Shown: piece by piece, positions 59,449 through 64,000 of the stretch
Numbering within the stretch: position 1 is the stretch's first letter
How the letters are laid out: every line of letters begins with the position of its first letter
Source: Sedimentisphaerales bacterium
GTDB taxonomy: Bacteria; Planctomycetota; Phycisphaerae; Sedimentisphaerales; SM23-30
Assembly: GCA_963666285.1 (NCBI GenBank)
Contig: OY762711.1
Reading direction: 5' to 3' (one strand)
Length of the DNA: 64,000 nucleotides
Position numbers and translations under genes: made by a program
Notes under the pieces: generated by a model
The model's input: only the letters and a program-made list of their open reading frames with translations
Databases searched by the model: none
What the model was told of the DNA's origin: nothing

Positions 59449-60948
59449 TTAACGAGAACCTTTCATTAAAGCCGTAATTGTACGAAGCATAATCTGAATA
59501 TCCATCATGATAGACCAGTTTTTGATGTAATAAAGATCGTATCTGAGCTTTTCCCTGGCATCACATACGCTTGAACAATAGCGGTATCTGATTTGTGCCA
59601 TGCCTGTTATGCCTGGACGAGACCAGCATCTAAAAGAAAAGTACGGTACGTCTTTTTCTATCATTTCGACCAGCTCTGGAATTTCCGGCCTTGGGCCTAC
59701 CACAGACATATCGCCTTTGAGAACGTTCCAGAATTGAGGAAGCTCATCAAGCCTGGTTTTACGCAGGAAATGCCCTACCCGGGTAATTCGGATATCGCTT
59801 TTTTGTGTCCAGCCTTTTTTATTTTCCGTGCCAACTGTCATAGTTCGGAATTTATACATCTTAAAGGGCTTACCAAACTGACCCATTCGTTCCTGGGTAA
59901 ATATGACTGACTTCGTGCCAGACAGTTTAATCGCAGCCCATATAAGAACAAAAACCGAAAACCCTAAAGTCAAAACCAGAGTTGATACAATGATATCAAC
60001 CACTCGTTTAGAAAACGCCTGAAAATGCCCGTTGACTGTAATCCTGGACTGGAAAAACCAATCTTCTTTGATATGTTCAACCGGTACCTGCTCAAAAGCC
60101 TCTTCCATAAAGGTACATTCATCAAGCACCGTACATCCCGCCTGGGCCGCTTTGTAGCAGTATTCCAGCATTTTTTTAGACTTTGAAGCTTCTTTCGAAA
60201 GAATGATCTGATCAACCTCCATTGAACGACATAAGCTCCATAAACCTTCACTTTTATTAGTTAACCGGCCATGCGCAATACCATTCCAGCACCCGACTAA
60301 ATCATAATGATTACTATGCGATTTCAATTGCTGATTGAAGTCAGAAACTCCATTACTATTTCCGACCCAAAGCAGCCTGACACTGCTATTAGTTACAGCG
60401 TAATATATAAACAACTTAGGAATATAACTTAACATTCCATATGTACAGGCAAATGCCAATAACATTCGCCTACCAAGCTGGCTGTACAAAACTACATTGG
60501 AAAATAAAGTCAGCCCTAACACAGTAATAACAATACAAACTATCTGAGTAAAAAGAAGCTTGATAAAATTCTGATAATTTTTACGTTCATTTACACCAAC
60601 AATTACAGCGGCAAGCAAAGCACTAACAGCTGCAGCATAAAAGAAAACCGGACCCATTTGAGCGTGAAGCTTAAGTGTATTTACATATACCAGCGAGCTA
60701 AATGCTAAAATAGCTTCAAAAATCCCCCACTTAACACTTGAAACCTCAAGGGAATGCCTGGCAATACTTTTTAGAATAGATTGCCCTTTTTGCTTCCAGT
60801 TAAGCGTTGACGTCCGATATGGGAATTCCAGATTAGCAGAAAAATCTTTAGCCGTCCAAGCTCCATGAGGTTCAGGAATGGTTAATTCCGGAATATAACC
60901 CTCGAAAACATTTCCCGCCACGGCATTATCTGTTACTAAATTAGACAT
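59449..60948 (-). CDS. Priming polyprenyl-phosphate glycosylphosphotransferase (WcaJ/WbaP family)
   Basis: N-terminal TMs, KRVVDI, FTQERMG..GKPFKMYKFRTM, RLDELPQFWNVLKGDMSVVGPRPE, DLYYIKNWS. Confidence 0.93.
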   Translation of the reverse strand: MSNLVTDNAVAGNVFEGYIPELTIPEPHGAWTAKDFSANLEFPYRTSTLNWKQKGQSILKSIARHSLEVSSVKWGIFEAILAFSSLVYVNTLKLHAQMGPVFFYAAAVSALLAAVIVGVNERKNYQNFIKLLFTQIVCIVITVLGLTLFSNVVLYSQLGRRMLLAFACTYGMLSYIPKLFIYYAVTNSSVRLLWVGNSNGVSDFNQQLKSHSNHYDLVGCWNGIAHGRLTNKSEGLWSLCRSMEVDQIILSKEASKSKKMLEYCYKAAQAGCTVLDECTFMEEAFEQVPVEHIKEDWFFQSRITVNGHFQAFSKRVVDIIVSTLVLTLGFSVFVLIWAAIKLSGTKSVIFTQERMGQFGKPFKMYKFRTMTVGTENKKGWTQKSDIRITRVGHFLRKTRLDELPQFWNVLKGDMSVVGPRPEIPELVEMIEKDVPYFSFRCWSRPGITGMAQIRYRYCSSVCDAREKLRYDLYYIKNWSIMMDIQIMLRTITALMKGSR

Positions 60949-61286
60949 AAATAAAACTCTAACAACAACTTACGATAGCATCCTATCATAACAATAAGAA
61001 ATATCTTTTATCGCATCCTTTTAAAAAAAGAAACCAGCTGCCCTGCTAAATAATTAACAAAAAGTCAGCCTAGTTAACTGTGTAAGTTATCGGCCTGATT
61101 TGACTTACCCTTCAATAAAATCAGATATAATTTTGAATTAATATGAAGATATGAAATTTATATACATATAATTTTATAATAACTGAGATCTTAAGTCTGT
61201 ATAACTATTATTAATCATTAAAACAGATAAAGAGAAACTCATAAAATCCCAATAGAATAACATTAACGATGGCAAACCTATTATGA

Positions 61287-62174
61287 TTAATCATGAGACT
61301 TTAAGGAGTCAAAATAATTAACACATTGTTTAAGAGACATAAAACAATATTTTTTATCTTTCAACATCTTTATTAGTTTTGTAATTCTCCAGGCAGCCTT
61401 TTGCTCTCCTAAACGATATTTCACCCTGGTTGACAATTTTATTCCCGAATGCAGATCAGGTAATGGTCTGGAAGTCATTTCATAAGGGTGAATATAGAAT
61501 AAATAAAAGTTATGACCTTTGAGATATATTTTTATCAGACGTGACATTAACATCCATGGAAAAACTCTGATATATCCGCCGCCGGCAACCGGAATTGACA
61601 TGCCTGCAATAGAAACGGTCCCAACACCAAATTCATAGAAATTATCTTTTCGCCATATATTATCGGACAATAGCTGAAATCCAGACATATCAATCTGCCC
61701 ATATAATTTATGAGCTGAAAAATTGATTTTGCTGGCATCATATCTAAAGCCAAGATCTACTAATATGTCAATTTTTTCACGATCAATCCCGTAACTTGGG
61801 GCACGATAACCAATAACCTCGTCACCAATAATATCTTCGATTGAATTACGAACATTTATGGTATGCTCTCTAAAGACTTCAGCTGATTTTTCAACCGGTC
61901 GAATATGGTCCCAATCGTGACAAGCTATTTCAAATCCGGCCGAATGTAATCGCTGCAAATTATCCTTAAGCTGGCCAGCAATATCTCCAACAACTGAAAA
62001 TGTTGCATTGCCTACTCCATTATTAATTAATAGATCAGCATAATTATCTACTCCATCAAGAACGGAAAGACTACAATCAACCTTATTACGATTGACATAA
62101 TCAAGGTGATACCAATCTTCTACATCCATAACGAATGCAGCTATTTTACGTTTATCTGTTTCCACCAAATTCAA
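61287..62174 (-). CDS. Polysaccharide deacetylase family protein (DUF3473-type)
   Basis: MDVEDWYH, ATF.VVG, EIACHDWDH, GYRAPS, AGGGYIR, FYIHPYE. Confidence 0.9.
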   Translation of the reverse strand: MNLVETDKRKIAAFVMDVEDWYHLDYVNRNKVDCSLSVLDGVDNYADLLINNGVGNATFSVVGDIAGQLKDNLQRLHSAGFEIACHDWDHIRPVEKSAEVFREHTINVRNSIEDIIGDEVIGYRAPSYGIDREKIDILVDLGFRYDASKINFSAHKLYGQIDMSGFQLLSDNIWRKDNFYEFGVGTVSIAGMSIPVAGGGYIRVFPWMLMSRLIKIYLKGHNFYLFYIHPYEMTSRPLPDLHSGIKLSTRVKYRLGEQKAAWRITKLIKMLKDKKYCFMSLKQCVNYFDSLKSHD

Positions 62175-63126
62175 ATTCCACAGTTCGTTTAAAAGCTTCC
62201 TCTAGACTATAAGGCGGTTTAAACCCAGTAGCCATCGCCCTGCCATTGTCGAAGCAGAGAGAAACTCTAAACTTTTTTATTCTTATAGAACTAACAGGAT
62301 AGGTTTTTCCAGTTATTCTGCTCAGTAAGTCAAAACAATATCCACCGCATAAACCAATCCAATACGGACACCTAAAACCAACACTAGCACTTCGCCCCAT
62401 AGCTTTTTTGGCAATGGATATCATCTGACCGGTTGACAGATCTGGTTTATCAACATAATTAAATAAGTAATTACCACGGTCAAGATTTTCGATAACATAT
62501 TGCATAAAACAGACTATATTACCCACATAATTTACTGATTTAAGATTTTTCCCATCACCAACAACAATAAAACGTTTTTGATATATCTGTTGCAGCATAA
62601 GATAAATATTGCCGCGATTGTGTTCACCAAAGACAACACACGGTCTTATAATAATCAACTGTTTACCATCGCCATTCTTATACCAATCCCGTAAAACCTG
62701 TTCTGCGTTAAATTTGCTCTCACCGTATGGATTAAATGGAGCAGGCGGCGTATCCTCACTGGGATCACCTTCTACAAACAAAGGGTAAACTGCCGAACTG
62801 CTTGTAAAAATTATATTTTTAACACCATGACAATCCATGGCCTTCACTAAATTGGTCGTACCGGTAACATTCACCTGATAATACAAATCCAAAGGTTTAA
62901 CATTGTCTGTATGCTCAGCTGCAAGATGTATAACATAATCACATCCGGCTACAGCGTCAGCGATTTCATCATAATTTCGCACATCACCTATTATCACATC
63001 ATCCGTTAAATTGCGATCTGAATGTTTAAGATCGAATACCCGTACTTCATAGCCCTCACCAACTAATAACTTCTGAAGATTAGTTCCTATAAATCCGCTA
63101 CCGCCTGTAATTAATATTTTCATCAT
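62152..63126 (-). CDS. NAD-dependent epimerase/dehydratase
   Basis: MKILITGGSGFIG, VIHLAA, FTSS, YGESK. The track's extension to 63267 overlaps the next gene and is unlikely. Confidence 0.92.
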   Translation of the reverse strand: MMKILITGGSGFIGTNLQKLLVGEGYEVRVFDLKHSDRNLTDDVIIGDVRNYDEIADAVAGCDYVIHLAAEHTDNVKPLDLYYQVNVTGTTNLVKAMDCHGVKNIIFTSSSAVYPLFVEGDPSEDTPPAPFNPYGESKFNAEQVLRDWYKNGDGKQLIIIRPCVVFGEHNRGNIYLMLQQIYQKRFIVVGDGKNLKSVNYVGNIVCFMQYVIENLDRGNYLFNYVDKPDLSTGQMISIAKKAMGRSASVGFRCPYWIGLCGGYCFDLLSRITGKTYPVSSIRIKKFRVSLCFDNGRAMATGFKPPYSLEEAFKRTVEFEFGGNR

Positions 63127-63133
63127 TGAATAA

Positions 63134-63916
63134 TTAAAAAAACCTTCCACCCGAAATAATAAATTCTTTTCTATCCTTTTTAGTTGGAAATGAATAATAA
63201 GTAGATTCACTTTCCAAATTAGGCTTGCGTTCAACCAATCCAACATTGATCTTTTCAACAGCCTCAACTAATGCCTTAGCCCCAAGAGCCTTTGTTTTAA
63301 TCAGTAAATCATGCCAACTGTCCTCCGGCAATATCTCAACCGTTTTCTGGACCAGGATATCACCATCGTCAATCCTGGCCTCCAGGTCATGAACAGTTGA
63401 AGCGGCAAATTTTTCCTTATTTTTCAACATCCAAAAAGAAGGCATTACGCCTCTATACCTTGGCAACGGAGCACCGTGAACGTTTATACAGCCGGCCGAA
63501 AACCTATCCCTTATTTTCTTTCCGATTATCTGCGGACAGCTAAGAGAAACCAGCAGTTCTGGTTCTGTTTGATCCAGCAGCACAGTAAACTCATCACACT
63601 TGATATCTTCGAAATAATAATATGGTATACCATAAGTCTTTGCTACCTGAGAAATTGAATAAAAAGGTCCGCTTTCGGCAGGATTTGTCAATTTAGCTTT
63701 AATTTTAGCAGACATTGATAAGCACCCGACTCGTAAAAAAGTAAGCGGGCCAAGAAAATCCACATATTTCTTTACCCCTGTCATAAAACCGGAATTGGTT
63801 CCCATAGTTGGTAAAGCTACAACCGCCACAATGCTGTCTTTTAATTCACGACAAACAATTGATAAAGCCAGCGGCTGGTATAGATTATCATATTGTGTAA
63901 GAAGAATAATTTTCAT
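63134..63916 (-). CDS. Formyltransferase family protein, probably sugar/polysaccharide N-formylation
   Basis: CINVHGAPLPRYRG, TVHDL...IDDGDIL; lacks the C-terminal domain of Fmt; lies in an EPS locus. Confidence 0.85.
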   Translation of the reverse strand: MKIILLTQYDNLYQPLALSIVCRELKDSIVAVVALPTMGTNSGFMTGVKKYVDFLGPLTFLRVGCLSMSAKIKAKLTNPAESGPFYSISQVAKTYGIPYYYFEDIKCDEFTVLLDQTEPELLVSLSCPQIIGKKIRDRFSAGCINVHGAPLPRYRGVMPSFWMLKNKEKFAASTVHDLEARIDDGDILVQKTVEILPEDSWHDLLIKTKALGAKALVEAVEKINVGLVERKPNLESESTYYSFPTKKDRKEFIISGGRFF

Positions 63917-63947
63917 TTGATTTAAAATACGCTATATGCCTGTCATA

Positions 63948-64000
63948 TTATACAAGAGTCACTTTTGACTGTTCAGCATAAAAATTCTGTAAAGTGCTTC
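63948..64000 (-). CDS. 3' end of an upstream EPS-locus gene (partial)
   Basis: Open frame KHFTEFYAEQSKVTLV* ending 32 nt before the formyltransferase start. Confidence 0.4.
   Translation of the reverse strand, partial: STLQNFYAEQSKVTLV

Overview
A 64-kb, low-GC (about 40% by eye) bacterial chromosome segment. The gene set (TRWS-type ECF sigma factor plus Ser/Thr kinase, GAF-HlyD fusion, tig-clpP-clpP, a large TPR protein) suggests an anaerobic, salt-adapted Planctomycetota member, perhaps Phycisphaerae; this is inference only. In order the window holds: tyrS; a candidate sRNA; iorAB; a marR-ablA-mscS-SSS-ablB operon for the osmolyte N-epsilon-acetyl-beta-lysine; a GH57/glycogen-synthase fusion; an ErcA-like Fe-ADH with a PAS/PocR kinase; housekeeping and envelope genes; a 22-kb divergent L-rhamnose locus; an ECF/kinase pair; clpP-clpP-tig; tRNA-Gly; and the end of an exopolysaccharide locus. 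Two candidates stand out. (1) The rhamnose locus joins rhaA, rhaB, rhaT and GH78 to SorE-like and SrlD-like oxidoreductases, a class II aldolase-fold protein, a PHP protein and a full TPP/lipoate dehydrogenase complex. This could be a lactaldehyde-free route that flips the sugar phosphate and cleaves it to acetyl-CoA. (2) A modular intergenic repeat family (7-bp-periodic runs, a bulged GGTGT hairpin, strand-biased GNA/GNNA mini-hairpins, GTAG REP-like units) fills the gene junctions of that operon and brackets a four-helix-bundle (bAvd/IVS-like) gene. All calls come from reading motifs by eye; no database search or folding program was run.
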